NCBI GenBank assembly: GCA_003344405.1
Contig: NOWV01000016.1
Span: 496,001 to 560,000, forward strand
DNA from: Trichoplax sp. H2
Taxonomy: Eukaryota
Direction: 5' to 3'
DNA: 64,000 bases
Shown in pieces: positions 1 through 13,600 of this stretch. A program made the position numbers and the translations under genes. Position 1 is the stretch's first letter; the number at the start of each line of letters is the position of its first letter. Under the pieces are notes generated by a model. The model was given only the letters and a program-made list of their open reading frames with translations. It did not search any database and was not told the DNA's origin.

Positions 1-47
1 TAGACAGCAGTAGAACAAAATTTGATATTCTTGTTACGAAAACTTAC

Positions 48-1042
48 TGGAAAACGTAAGGACCAGTTTCGATGCTACAGCGTGTCGGTGATTGATCTGA
101 TAATTTTCTGAACAACATCTTTGCTTGATTTTGATATTGTTGTGCAGTCTTGCCAACCTATTACCAGATTATACGAAATTATTGACAAGAATTGACAAAT
201 CAAGTGTACTACCATGTGCTAACGTATCGGCAGTTTATGAGTGCAGATTTGTAACGTCCTTAATGGAAATAATGGAAACACCGAATATCCTTTTAGTGTA
301 CAGTAGTTGGCACCCATGTTATCTACCTATAAGCAAGTTCATCTTGGTAGAAAAGTATTGCAAGTTAACGAATAATCCGGTATAACGTTTGGTGTCTCGT
401 GAACTGTGGCAACTTTGCCAGACGTTAGGTGTTCCAATACAGTACTAGCGTACGCCCAGCAAAGTTGACAGCTACGCGGATTTTGTTTTTTTTCACCACA
501 AGAGAAACTACCACGATATTACTGGATGATTTTCACTGCCATTTTTACAACCAGTATATCTATTGCTGGTAACATTATAAGACTAATCGATTTAGTTGTC
601 AAGAAAGCTAAATGTATGACGGATCTTTTCTCCCTAACTGTAAGTAATCCGCCACTTTGGATATGGTGGTGTTTTAGAATAGCTGTGAAGTAAGCTCTTG
701 CAATTCAAAAAAAGATTCTCTCTAATCTACTGTATTTCAGTTCAAAGTGTCGATGTCGTCGTTATTACGAAGAGCAATGATTCCCATACGAGTATTAGTT
801 CGTTTTTATATTTGTTGGTATTTTAAAGGATATCATGATCAATAAGCAACAACCATAGATGATTGTACAGTGTAGAATAAGGTAAGACATGCATTGGCTA
901 TTATTACTCAACTACTATCCATTGCATGCAGTACAACGGAAGCGTAAATGCTCCAAGGAGAACAAACCTCTTCTGATTCTTGCATGGATGCAGCCATTAT
1001 CAGCCCGTCAGCCACACGAGCTATCAAAGTCATTAAAACCAT
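48..1042 (-). CDS. SEC22B: Vesicle-trafficking SNARE SEC22b, 5' part (gene continues off the left edge)
   Basis: Exons 1042-968 ([25 protein letters not shown]) and 157-48 ([36 protein letters not shown]), GT-AG. They match the SEC22B longin N-terminus ([23 protein letters not shown]...LFRKLNEQSPTRC). Confidence 0.93.
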
Positions 1043-1082
1043 ATTGATTACTATTTCTCAACTAGGCTTAAGGCAAGCGAAT

Positions 1083-1194
1083 AAAGAGTTTGGGATTTGA
1101 CAAGGTGATGAGAAAGAGTTTAGGATTTGGCAAGGTGATGAGAAAGAGTTTGGGATTTGGCAAGGTGATGAGAAAGAGTTTGGGATTTGGCAAG
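1083..1194. repeat. 30-bp minisatellite, about 3.7 copies, in the SEC22B 5' region
   Basis: Unit aaagagtttgggatttggcaaggtgatgag, directly visible. Confidence 0.95.
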
Positions 1195-1491
1195 GCTCTC
1201 GTTGGCAGTTGACTGAAGAAATTTTCCGTTAAAGTCTAGTCTCCTATCGGACCTATGCACTACAGTCCGCTCGTCTGTCCACTCTGTTGTTCACTCTGAT
1301 TCAGTACGTGTGCTGTAGTTGTTGCTGCTGCATACTGTAGTAACCATATGTATCGTACTATACTGTAGTAACCGTACTAAATAGTAATGTCAAGAAATTT
1401 TCCCTTGAAGTCCAGTCTCGCTCGACCTGAGCAAGGTTCGGCTGTCCGCTTGTCTGTCCACTCTGTTGTGCACCGGGATACAGTACGTTGC

Positions 1492-1573
1492 GGACTGGAC
1501 TGGACTGGACCAGACCGGACCAGACTGGATCAGACTGAACTAGGCTGGACTGGACTGGACTGGGCTGGACTGG
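1492..1573. repeat. (GGACT)n pentanucleotide microsatellite in the SEC22B/SRD5A3 divergent promoter
   Basis: About 16 imperfect ggact/agacc units. Confidence 0.93.
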
Positions 1574-1921
1574 ATAGTAATGTCGTGACGTGGCACGGGT
1601 GACCCACAGCCGTGAGTGACTTCGTTGTACTGAGTGTACAGTGTACAGTGTACAGTACACTTGTGTAACGTACTGTAGTGGACAGGCTGATAGCACCATC
1701 GGCTGCAGTAGCTGCCCCTAAGTGCCACTAGGCAAATTCAATCAAGTTGAAAAGTGCTCTAGGTGCCCCACATTTCCCAAGCACAATCTGCTCAACACTT
1801 CGTTGACGGCTTCTGCTGTGGACTACAACTTCCTAATACAGCATTGATGCTCCTTTGACCAGTATTTTGGACTGCAGCCGCGTTATAATATCATGTCCTA
1901 AGGGCAGAGAGCAGCTCCAGG

Positions 1922-3367
1922 ATGGACGGTTTCGCATTAATATGGGGCTGTCTTTTAGCCATTGTTTTAGCTCAAGTTTTGGCTTATATCTTATGCCATC
2001 ATCGTTTACCACTCTTCATCCGGGCTACATATGAATGGGGCAAGCTGCTTGATGAGAATACTTCTGCATTCAATCGAAAGTGGCTAGTCCCTAAAAGGTC
2101 AGACACTGAAACACCAAATACATTGTATGGTAATAAGAGCTGTAGGTGATGGACTAGTTAAAGTTGAGCTAAGCGTTCTTGATCAACAATGCAAGTTGCA
2201 TTTCTGCTGTCAGCAACTTTTCAATTCTTGCAAAGTACAGACTCTGCAAAATACTGGACGATAGGCTACGGTTACAACCAACAGGTCTTTTGTAGGCTAG
2301 TGTTACTCTAGTGATCTTGATCACAAGTCGCTTTTCTGCAATCGTTAACTTTTGAATTCTTGCAAAGTACAATCTCTGCAGAATGCAGAAGGATAGACTA
2401 TGGTGATAATCAACAGGTCTTTTATAGACGAGTGGATTAATCTATTGATAATCTCGTTTTGTAGGTACTTTGCACATTTCTACTGGATAGGAAGTACTTT
2501 TACTCTTCTCACTCTATCCGTGCTTTTCTCTAGCTGTAACAAACAGCAAAAGTTTTTGTGCTATCAAATCATCATTCAAGTAAAGGAAGTATTTGGCTAC
2601 TTAGACTCTGCCAATTATTACACGATTAAGACCTCATCTATTATCCTTTCTCTGGTATTACTATCCCTGCAAACATTTCGACGTCTCTACGAATGCTTAT
2701 TTATCTCAAAATTTTCACAATCGGCACAAATGCATTTAGGTCATTACTTGTTGGGAGGAATGTTTTACATACTAGTTAATTTAACAATCATATCTGATGG
2801 ATCTTTCTTAACATCAGGTTTGTTGGTAATATTTTGCTCTTTCTATAGTTTATATTATAGTAGTTATATAGTATAACTGTTCACTGTTAAAGCGTTATAG
2901 CTCTTAACGCGTCAATTATAGGAGTATGTGTATCAACTTACGTAAAAGACTAGTATTAAGTAATTGATTCGAATTGCATTCTAGATGGGGATACTTTCCG
3001 GTTGAAAGATCTATCAACTGCCACCAATATTATTGGAGTCTGCATATTCTGTTGGGGTAGTTTGCATCAACATCGATGCCATAATATCTTAGCTCAGTTA
3101 CGCGTAGGAAGCTCACCTCACAACAGCTATGGAGTTCCAAGAGGTGATTGGTTCAACTACGTTTCGTGTCCTCATTACCTATCGGAAATTATCATCTATT
3201 TTTCTATCGGATTCATTTTAAGTCTTGACCATCAGTCATGGTGGCTGTTATTGGCTTTCATTACAACGATGCTCTCCTTAGGAGCTGTCCAAACAAACCA
3301 ATGGTATTATCAGAATTTTTCAAATTATCCTGAAGATCGTCGAGCTATCATTCCGTTTTTGTTATGA
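1922..3367 (+). CDS. SRD5A3: Polyprenol reductase / steroid 5-alpha-reductase 3
   Basis: Exons 1922-2097, 2465-2817, 2985-3367. The spliced frame gives VPKRYFAHFY, RRLYECLF, QHRCHNILAQLR, PRGDWFNYVSCPHYLSEI and YPEDRRAIIPFLL, all typical of SRD5A3/DFG10. Confidence 0.95.
2178..2422. repeat. Diverged tandem duplication (period about 135 bp) in SRD5A3 intron 1
   Basis: cttgatca...aattcttgcaaagtaca.ctctgca...caacaggtcttt occurs twice. Confidence 0.8.
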
Positions 3368-4206
3368 AGAATAAATTAACTTATCTCATTAGCCGCTAAA
3401 TGAAGTTACAATATTGTATATATCTAGTCTTGTTGTCTATTTATGTACATTGGATTTTATGGTCAATAACCATAGGTAAAGCGTTGATATTTTCACACAA
3501 AAAATGAAGCACAAGATATTATCACATACGAGTATGCTGTTTCTATTTAGCGTATGAATACGCTATTTCGCTATTGTAAAGTACGTGATGCATTGATTAA
3601 GACATTATTGGTCATCATTTGTTATTATTATTAGTACCTTCATAAAATGAAGCAATAGAATGTATTAGTACATATGCAGTACTGCAGTACATTGTTATAC
3701 TCAATATGCAAACTATTCTGACCACTATTTGTGCAAGATTACCTCTTCCATGCTCAGTTGTCGAACTGATAAATAAATTTTAATTTTATATATTTATATT
3801 GCTCTTCAATCCCAGTATAATCTTTGATTCTCAACCGTTTTCTATTACTTATTGACCATTTTCGAGTACAATTTGCAAATATTGAAGCTGGATCTATTGT
3901 ACAGGCTGCAAATGCTGTCGATTTACTTGTAAAATTTGCTATATCACTTATCTATATGCCATAAAATAAATTTAGAATTAATTAATTGCAGCTACTGTCG
4001 TATTCAAACATCGATCAAGAGTTCATGTCTCGTCTATGCAATGGCAGTCATCCATTTTAAGCAAAGCATAGTATGGTCCGAACTATAGTTATATGCTTGT
4101 ATAAGTCGTACGAGACAACACAGTTATTAACTTCTATACGAGTGCATATAGAGATATATATAATTATTTCTGTAGGCGCATGACACTACTGCTTACTATC
4201 ATAAGT

Positions 4207-5222
4207 AAAGTATCTTATTCACATTAAGCAAGGTATCATGAGCTGAAATCTTGTTCCAGATTGAATGATACGACTTTACGAGTATAACATCTAGAGATAT
4301 CATTAGAAATAGCCTTCATGCAGCATGGTGTGCTCGTTTGGCTAGTTATTGATAATTAATTATAAAAATCGAATTATGTAGACAGCCAGACATAGATTTG
4401 AGTGTCATAAATTGAACTCTCCATCGACGCAGTTACTAGCTGAAATCTTCTGCCAGATTGAATGATACGACTTTACGAGTATAACATCTATTGATATTAT
4501 TAGAAATAGCCTTCATACAGCATGGCGTGCTCGTTTGGCTAGTTATTGATAATTAATTATAAAAATCGAATTATGTTGACAGTCAGACATAGATTTGAGT
4601 GTCATAAATTGAACTCTCCATCGACGCAGTTACTAGCTGAAATCTTCTGCCAGGTTGAATGATACGACTTTACGAGTATAACATCTATTGCTATTATTAG
4701 AAATAGCCTTCATACAGTATGGTGTGCTCGTTTGGCTAGTTATTGATAATTAATTATAAAGATCGAATTATGCTGACAGTCAGATATAGATATCGACGCA
4801 GCTACTAGCTGAAATCTTCTGCCAGATTGAATGATACGACTTTACGAGTATAACATCTATTGATATTATTAGAAATAGCCTTCATGCAGCATGGTGTACG
4901 CGTTTGGCTAGTTATTGATAATTAATTATAAAAATCTTATTATGCTGACAGTCAGATATAGATTTGAGTGTCATAAATTGAACTCTCCATGAAGTATCTT
5001 ATTCACATTAAGCAAGGTATCATGAGCTGAAATCTTGTTCCAGATTGAATGATACGACTTTACGAGTATAACATCTATTGATATTATTAGAAATAGCCTT
5101 CATGCGGCATGGTGTGCTCGTTTGGCTAGTTATTGATAATTAATTATAAAAATGTAATTATGCTGGCAGTCAGATATAGATTTGAGTGTCATAAATTGAA
5201 CTCTCCATCGACGTTGTTACTA
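4207..5222. repeat. Tandem repeat with a unit of about 197 bp, 5 copies
   Basis: Unit starts agctgaaatctt...gattgaatgatacgactttacgagtataacatcta at about 4241, 4438, 4635, 4808 and 5025. Copies 1 and 5 share a distinct leader (aagtatcttattcacattaagcaaggtatcatg). Confidence 0.96.
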
Positions 5223-7632
5223 TGACGACTAGAGGAATCGTAGCAGGACATGCAGGTAAAAGTACAATACTGACTACGGTATGGGTACATTACGTTGAAC
5301 ACTGGGCGGTACAGTACTGTACTATAAGGTGCAGCATATGATACTATACAATTCTACCGTACAGACTGTACAGTATATAAAGCGAAATCTGCCCGCCTCG
5401 AAGTCACTCCACGTGCTGCACTAGTCGGCTTGAACTGGATAGGAAAGCTTAAAGTCCTGGTTGGATTTTCTTTTTTCCAAGCACTTCCTGGCAAAACTCG
5501 ATGTCTACTGGAGAAAAAGAGAGGATCGCCACTATTATAGCTTCTATAGTAATGGTGGTATGACTCCATACTGTCGTTAGCATGAAAATGAACTACAAGA
5601 AAATCTACATTTAAAAGACGAGCACTTAATCGACAAGATGGATGGTCGATTTTTTAATGGCCAAAGGGTATTGATGAAGCGATGAGATGATATTCGCAAT
5701 GCACGATATCGTGCAAGTCTGTTCAAGTCTACAAGTAAATTGGCTGATGTTGTCTCGCAGATAGTTCCTAATAATTCTTAGATGCGTAGACAAGGTCACC
5801 GCCATAACTCACCAAAGACTGCAGCTTGAATTGTTGCTAATGGATAGCTCAAGTTTGCCTTGAAAGCGATGGAATGAGTCCGCTTCAACAACGAGGTTCT
5901 TAAAGCACATCTTGGACTAATCACCTATATTTATCACGTAAGTAAATTGGATAAGACGCTTTATTTCATGCAATGACATTGCTTGAAAGATTTGTTAACT
6001 GCTATGTCAAAGGAATTGAGGATGCGATCTGTAAAATGATGAGAACAACCCTGACACCTCTTGTATGAGTGTTTAAAAAATCACGATGAATAGTACTAGA
6101 TTAGTCTTTCTGATACGATCGCTTCTACAATATCTTTCATTTCTAGACAGCGGTAACCTTCCATACTAAACTATGTATTGTATAAAGATTGAAACTATTG
6201 ACTGAAATGATTTTTCTATATTGTCATTAGTAGATATGGTGGAAGAGATAACAACTGAGAACTGAGATACAATTGGAGAGATGAGAAAGACTGTAAATTG
6301 CCATTGAAGACTCATAGCACGATGACAAGTTATTGCGCAGTCATGAGAGATTGGAAAGTACTTCCATCGATTGGAACATTTTCGTGTAAATCAAGCATTA
6401 GGATAGATACATTTTAAACTATTTACTACGTATAATAAACTAAATTGAGATGAAAACGTCTCAGACCGCTGGATATTAGATTAAAAATGTTTTGAAATGA
6501 TGAATTTTCTATGTGGAATTGCAAATTCTGTATTATTGAATTGGTTGACGAAAAAAGAAAATAAATTCTTTTATCAATTTACTGTAAGAAAATAGCTGAA
6601 ATCTTCTGATTTATCGATACTGTACTCTATATCTAGTTATGGACTGCTATCGCCCAATGGATACATTTTACGGTATAGTTGATGCTGATCAGATAATCCA
6701 TTATTTCTAGGCTGGCCTTTGTAAATGCCTCTATTACAGTATAACAAGCTCGTGAACTGCTATTAAAGGAAGTTCTTCATTATACGTAGAATAGCCTTGA
6801 ACACTACTTGTAGGTCAGGTTGTAACCCGACTTGTAATGCATGGTTTATTCGATTGTGAGTGAAAATTGAGTTCTATAGCATTACATTCGAGCATACAGT
6901 ATGCCTAGGGCTTATTACTAAATCTATTTACAGTTTATAAAACTGAGATTGCAAATGTCTGCTGTACAGCATAAAATACATTATCGTACTACTTACAGTA
7001 AATCATGTTAAGTTATAAACTGTAGAATCTACAGTGATGATCCATTGCCAACGAACAAGAAGGCATATACAATATCCAAGTCAAAGTACATGTTGTGGTA
7101 TATGTACAATAGCTTGTGTCAGCGATCTTTACTGTAAACGAATTCTAAAATGCTTAACATTACCGCTCGTGGAGGCAGCAGCTTGGAATGGCATCATACG
7201 ATATGTCATGATGTTAAACACGCATTCTATGCGCACATCTTGATGAGATAACATGAACAGTATAGATCACTCCTAAGTTATTTTGTTAAAAACATTATGA
7301 CGTTAGAGAAAAGCTTAATAACAATACTTCTATACCATCTATTCGATAACTACTATGTCCGTAATAATTATATATACGAGTATACAATATGCGGATCTAA
7401 AACTAAACCTAGCAACTGTAATTAAAGTACGAATATTTTTTTTGCCTATATGGCACAATTATAGCAAACGCTTTCATACCTACAATATCAAATTTTAAGT
7501 AATTCCAAAAAATTACCAAGGTTTATTGTAAATACAAAGAATAGCAATATATCGGCAATTAAACAATGTATTCAAACACCGCTCGCCGATAATATCGTTG
7601 AAAGCAATTTAATTTCACACATTGAAAATATT

Positions 7633-10600
7633 TTATGGCGAATCCTCATTGTCTTCTAAAATAATGTCTTCATCTCCCGTTTGACTTTGGACTGAGTTGC
7701 TAATTTTATTAGCTAATGGATCGGAAGTCCTTGACTTATCAGTATCTGGCACTTTTGTCATTTGCATTGTATCTGTTTCTGTGGTTGCTGTAGATGTGAC
7801 TACATTGTCAGGAGAAACTGAGTATTTCCAATCTATGTCGAAAATAGTACAAATCAGCATTAAAATCAATCTTGCACGAATGGACGATGTGGTAATTGTT
7901 AATTAAATATCTGCAAATTTACATCAATAGAAATGACCACTTTAACTTACTACTAATAGCTCGTGCTCCTAAAAGGATCTCAAGTTTAGAGTCACTGTTC
8001 CGTACCGCCTCAATAAGTATCTTTCCTTCTTTCTGGAAAAGGAACACTGCCGGTATTTTAATATCGTTATTTTGATCCCCGCTCATAGCAAACACCTGAT
8101 GGGAATGTGCGGAACTTCCCTCGGTATTATCTAACAAGGTGATGAAATATAACTTATACTGTTAGTAAAATATATTATCAATTTTGTTGTTGATGTAGCA
8201 AAACTATTGCATTATTTATCATAACTACCTATTACTATCAAGCCTATCGCTCCACTTGCTTGAACATTTCTGGCCTAAATATGAAATTAAATTGTCATTA
8301 AGAAATTGATCTATACCATAAAAGTGCAAGCACAGAATCAATTTAGTACCTTATCGATAAACATGCAATCACCACGCTTAGTAATGACTATTTTCCCAGA
8401 TACGTCATCGAAGTTATTTAAAGCGGTACATCCACTAACAGGATTTGATATGACTGCAAACCCTCTTACATGATATTTTGCCGTCAAATTTTTTCCAAAT
8501 TGCGCCGGGCCCGCTGATAAAGTTACAAGTCCATTATGAGGCGCGGAAAGAAGCTGAACTACGCGAGGTTGGATTACTACCATAAAAAGAATGCATGTAA
8601 TCGTCAACTATTGCAGAAATATTGTAATAGTAGAATATAAAATACCCAATATAAATATAATAATGTATAAATATCATACCGGGATTTTCTTTGATAATAC
8701 GATTAACCTCAATGACTTGTCGCATAAATTCTAAGCCTAATTCTGCATCTTTTGGTGATTTTGCCTAACAAGAACGATTATTAGATCAAGTCCATTAGCT
8801 AAGCAAAGTTGATTGTTTCTTTTTATAGTTATTAACGTATATTGCTTTGAAACTATAAAATTACCAATAAAATACTACTAAAGGTAATAACGCAGATGTC
8901 TGATGAAGACTTACAATACTAGGCATATGTTGTAAGTGTAAGCGGCCATCTTGTATTGAAACGATCTGTACGCCCATTTCTTGTAAAAGTTTCTGATGTT
9001 CTAAATTACCGATCACCAGGTCAGAGGGCTTTAATTTGAGATTGTCTGCGTTTATACTAAAGAAGTACCGATAAGAATTCAAAATAAGTTTTATTGCACG
9101 CAAGAGCAACATAAATATTGCCATATTCAGTTTAATTACGCCTGTGATGCATCTTTTGGGTCACATTGTTTTTCAGTAGTTCCTGAACGCAAATTCATAG
9201 TAAACTTTGAAAAACTGTTGGATTTATCATTATTTGCAGGGCAAGTCGAGGCATCCATGGTAAAATTAATAGTTTTATTTTCCATGACACGATCGATCTA
9301 GTTCGATAGGTAGTTGATTAGTAATTGCACAATAGTGCGCATAGGTAGTACTGAAGTAAAAGTAAATGCTATAACCCAATCACAACATAAGTTAGTGTAG
9401 TTATGAAGCTACCTCGGAAATACGAATGTTGGATAGTGATAAAGGCAATAAATGAGCTTCAGTAGTAAAAATAAAGTTATCGATTGGTAAAATCACATCT
9501 TCCTTTTCCGCAAATAGGAGGTAAAGATACTTAAAAGTCTCGGCAAAGACGAAAGAATCCAATCTGTAAATGGATAGTTGGCAATGTTAATACCAACAGT
9601 TACTATTAAAGATAAGATTTTTACAGCTTGACGATTTACCTATCTTCTTGACTCAATGTACGAACATCTTTTAGTGCAGCAAATCCGCACGGAACACGAG
9701 CGTAGTTGTTTAAGTTTTCTACGATGGATTTACCTACCTCTAAATAAAATGGGTCACGGGTTGCCTATAGGATATAAAGTAGCATTACGAGGCTGCTGTG
9801 ATTAAAATTGACTTGCATTGTGCAATGCAAGAAAACAACAGTTGTACCTTATATAAAAAATAGGTGCTCTCAGCAAATTCTGGACGAAGTGGATGATGAG
9901 GCCAGTATACACCCAGATTAGGCGTGAAGGCCTGCATTTAAAAAGAAGTAACGCTATCTTTTATTGGAATGGCACAGAGTAAAATGAAAAAATTTATGCC
10001 ATACCTCAGGAATAAAATTATGTTTTTTTGTAATCTCATACAACCATTGATGTGTTATCACAGCAGACTTTAGGTCTCCTTTCAATACCTACAAAATCGT
10101 ATAAATATTAATTGATTATATAAGATTGTTTAGCACAATTATCCAATATAGTAGCAATTACCTGTAATCCAGGCCAAAAAGCTTGTAAAGCATCCATGTA
10201 CGGGCGAGAGGCATATCGTGGTCGATGCATTAATACATTTACAAGCATTGGTCCTTGGCTAATGTAGTTCATGATGGCTTCGTAATGCTTTTAGATCAGA
10301 AATAACAAACGTCATTATTTTAAAATCCATGAGTATCGGTAGACTGCACAATAATAGTAACTGCTATATAAACATTACTTTATTACCGTATTGAATCGAT
10401 GGAGAAACGTTTCATCACCAAGTAAAATATAAGCTTTTAGACAATATTCATAGTACGAATCGAAGCCTGCACCAACTCCACTATCTAAATATCAAAAGGG
10501 CAATGAAAAAATTTCAAATTACGGGGATTATCATATCAGGGTATGGCAAAGCTAACCACGATATCGAACGAATATAGACTGCGAACATAATGATACCATC

Positions 10601-13600
10601 CACTATAATGAATCAGATACTGTATGGTAGATAAATACCTTTTGTTATCCAGTCACCATCATTTACATCGATTGTTTGACCCAGTAAATTGCTATGTCGC
10701 TGTCGACGTTTCCATAATTGCTTCATTACCAGTCGGGCTTTTAACTACACGAATATATGTGCATTTAAGATTTAGGTCAAATAGGATTAAATTTTGGAAA
10801 AAAATTTTAAAGGCAAATTTTACTGTGGGTGCAATACCTCAAAAGTAGCATTTTGGGACCACCGGCTAAGCGCAGCAAATTCTAGCAAAACTGTTCCTGC
10901 GCAAGATAAACAAGTAGAACGTCCAGTACTGCTGGTAGATAATTCTTTATTGATGCCATACTTGAGATTAACCTAGAGTGTTGAGATGATGTAATGTTAA
11001 TTGTGCGTTAAAAAAAGTAACAGTTCACTTATGATCATTTAGGCAGAATTTTCAGTTACTTACTCTAGGATATGGTATCCCAGTAGGCGAATTAAAAGCC
11101 GGTAGTAGACGATTACCAATATCTTTTGCTTTATCTAGCAACTCGTTATTATACCATTGTAATTCAGGTCTTCCGCCTTCTTTAAGATGGGCTGCGACGG
11201 CATGGCCTCCCAGAAGTCCGCTAAATATGTATATTAATAAACAAGGGACATGAACTATCTGTAATCCATTTTTTTCACCTAAAATATACGATGATGTTAT
11301 CTTGGCAGTACTATTGATTGTAATTATAGTTACCCTAAAATGCGAATATTTGTTTCAAATACTGAAACAACAATATCGGTATCGAAGGATACCGTATTGA
11401 TAACTAAACGGACAGCTTTATTAAATTCTGCAACATCTCCTAATACCTAATTAAAATGTTTGAAGCGAAATATCATTCAGTCAAAATATAGTTTAACATA
11501 ATTTATAATGATCACAATTTGATAAAGCTTGGGCTACTATTATTATTACTATCCAGCGCAATATAAATCCATCTTGCAAAAATGATTATTGGACTTACAG
11601 CTAGCGTGTCCAGAGTATCAATCAAAGTCAGTTGAAATCTATGTATGCAAAACAACAAGTAAAACTGAAAATATCTCGTTTAAAATACGTTAACGATTAT
11701 GATTGATGGTTGCTATTTCTCATGCATTGTATGCACATGTATATATATATAGTATGATACTATTAATAATTATGATAAATATCAAAAATGGTATGGTGCA
11801 CATAAAATTTACAATTACGGGAAAAAAATTTTGAAGGGTTAAAATTTGCGTTACGTATATTGCATATGTAATACTGAAGTTTCAAGCCAGTCATTGTCGA
11901 TACATTAAAAATCAGTATTTAAATCCTAAATGTGTCTGGGCAACATAGTATGGATATTTGTACATTTAGTTATTTTCAAATAATAAGTATTCAAAGTTGT
12001 AAAACCACTACATCAGTAATGTATGTAGAGAATACTTGCATGATAGACATGAGAAAAAAAGGAACAAAGAGTAAACAGCTGAAAATTAGCTCAAAACGTA
12101 GATAAACGTTTTACTTTTTTGCCTTGTTCCATTGAACTCATAAATCTTGAACAATCCTCATATAATTATACAGATATACAGCTTTTCTTAAATAGGGTGA
12201 GCAATAATAGTTTTAACCCATAGCGTAGTCGTTGCTATTAATTTCTCTATATACATACTTGCCAAGTGCATCATCAATATCCCCGCGATCCGGTTCTACT
12301 CCACGGATACGTCCACGACAGCTTAAAGGCATTAATTCATCTGCGGGATAAGCATTCGTCTGAAAAGATTATCCAGGAACAATCGAATTGTCAGTGTTTC
12401 CAAAGCAAATATTATCAAAAAAGAAAGTTATTATTTAATTTCAATACAGTGACGTCGTACACAATTCAATTTAAAAATAATGTTGAAAATACTTCCGTAA
12501 TACAGAAAAACTATGTTACAGTAACAATCATTTTTTTATTCAATCCGTTTAAAGAAGGCTACGATTTCTTGTGGGGTAACCATCAAATTACGGTATCGAT
12601 TTGAAAAGAATGTAATTTAAAAATTGCGAAGCTTCTCATGTAATAATACAGTAGTGAGCTTAATAGCGTTTGACTACCTTATTAGATAATAGAATAACGT
12701 AAAGCAACTATATACCATTCCATCGTGAAATATTAGTGCTAGGGAGCCGTACTACCAGAGATAAAATTAAAATATTTCGTTTGCACACTAATTACAAATT
12801 TATGCTTGACTTTGTAGGCAAAGATGATTGTTATGGCCCTCAGAAGTGATTGAATAAGTAACACCTAATAAGAACCACTGAAGATATACGTTGTATTCCA
12901 TCATTTAGTTATACTTTCTATAAGATCATATTTAGTTTTGTTATAAATGGATTATATCAAAGCAATAGGATACATAAATGGGTAAGATAGGTTTTCAAAT
13001 CCTCATTGTAATCAGAGATGTAGTAGCCATTTACAATTACTTGTAAAACAAATGGATCCATATATATAATCTCTTAGAATAAATTAAGCAGTACAAGATC
13101 CAAAAGTAAACATAGTACATAAAAAATATCAATCCATTTCTTAGGAAAGCAAAAAAAGAATGGAATTGAGTTATACAGCTAATTAACATATGATGAAAAT
13201 GTGTAGGATCCTATACTCTTATATATTACAGTCTTCGATTGAGAGGAATAGCAGATTTTACTTACTATATTATATTGATTACAATTTATTAATTAATAAT
13301 AATAATAATAATATTTCACTAAGTTTTTTACATACCATATACGCGTTGTAGCCATGGTAGAACATTTCCAGGACTTTTTCCCTAAAAAATTGAATTGTAA
13401 AGATAAATGCTATGTTGTTTGTAATTGCAATCGTTATAAGCGTAGCATTCATGAAATGTTTTTCGATTGTAATTTTATGAAATAATTTTACTAGGCAATT
13501 TTTGGCCAAGGCTATTTTACCATTTGTAGATTAAATAGAAATACTGAGTGTTTCTATGATGGATAAGAAATAATCTCGACGTATCTTATGGGTATAGTAG

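Noticed and set aside
1358-1728. ORFs with (SSPVQ)/(GLDWT) repeats
   Set aside because: These are translations of the (GGACT)n microsatellite in a promoter region.
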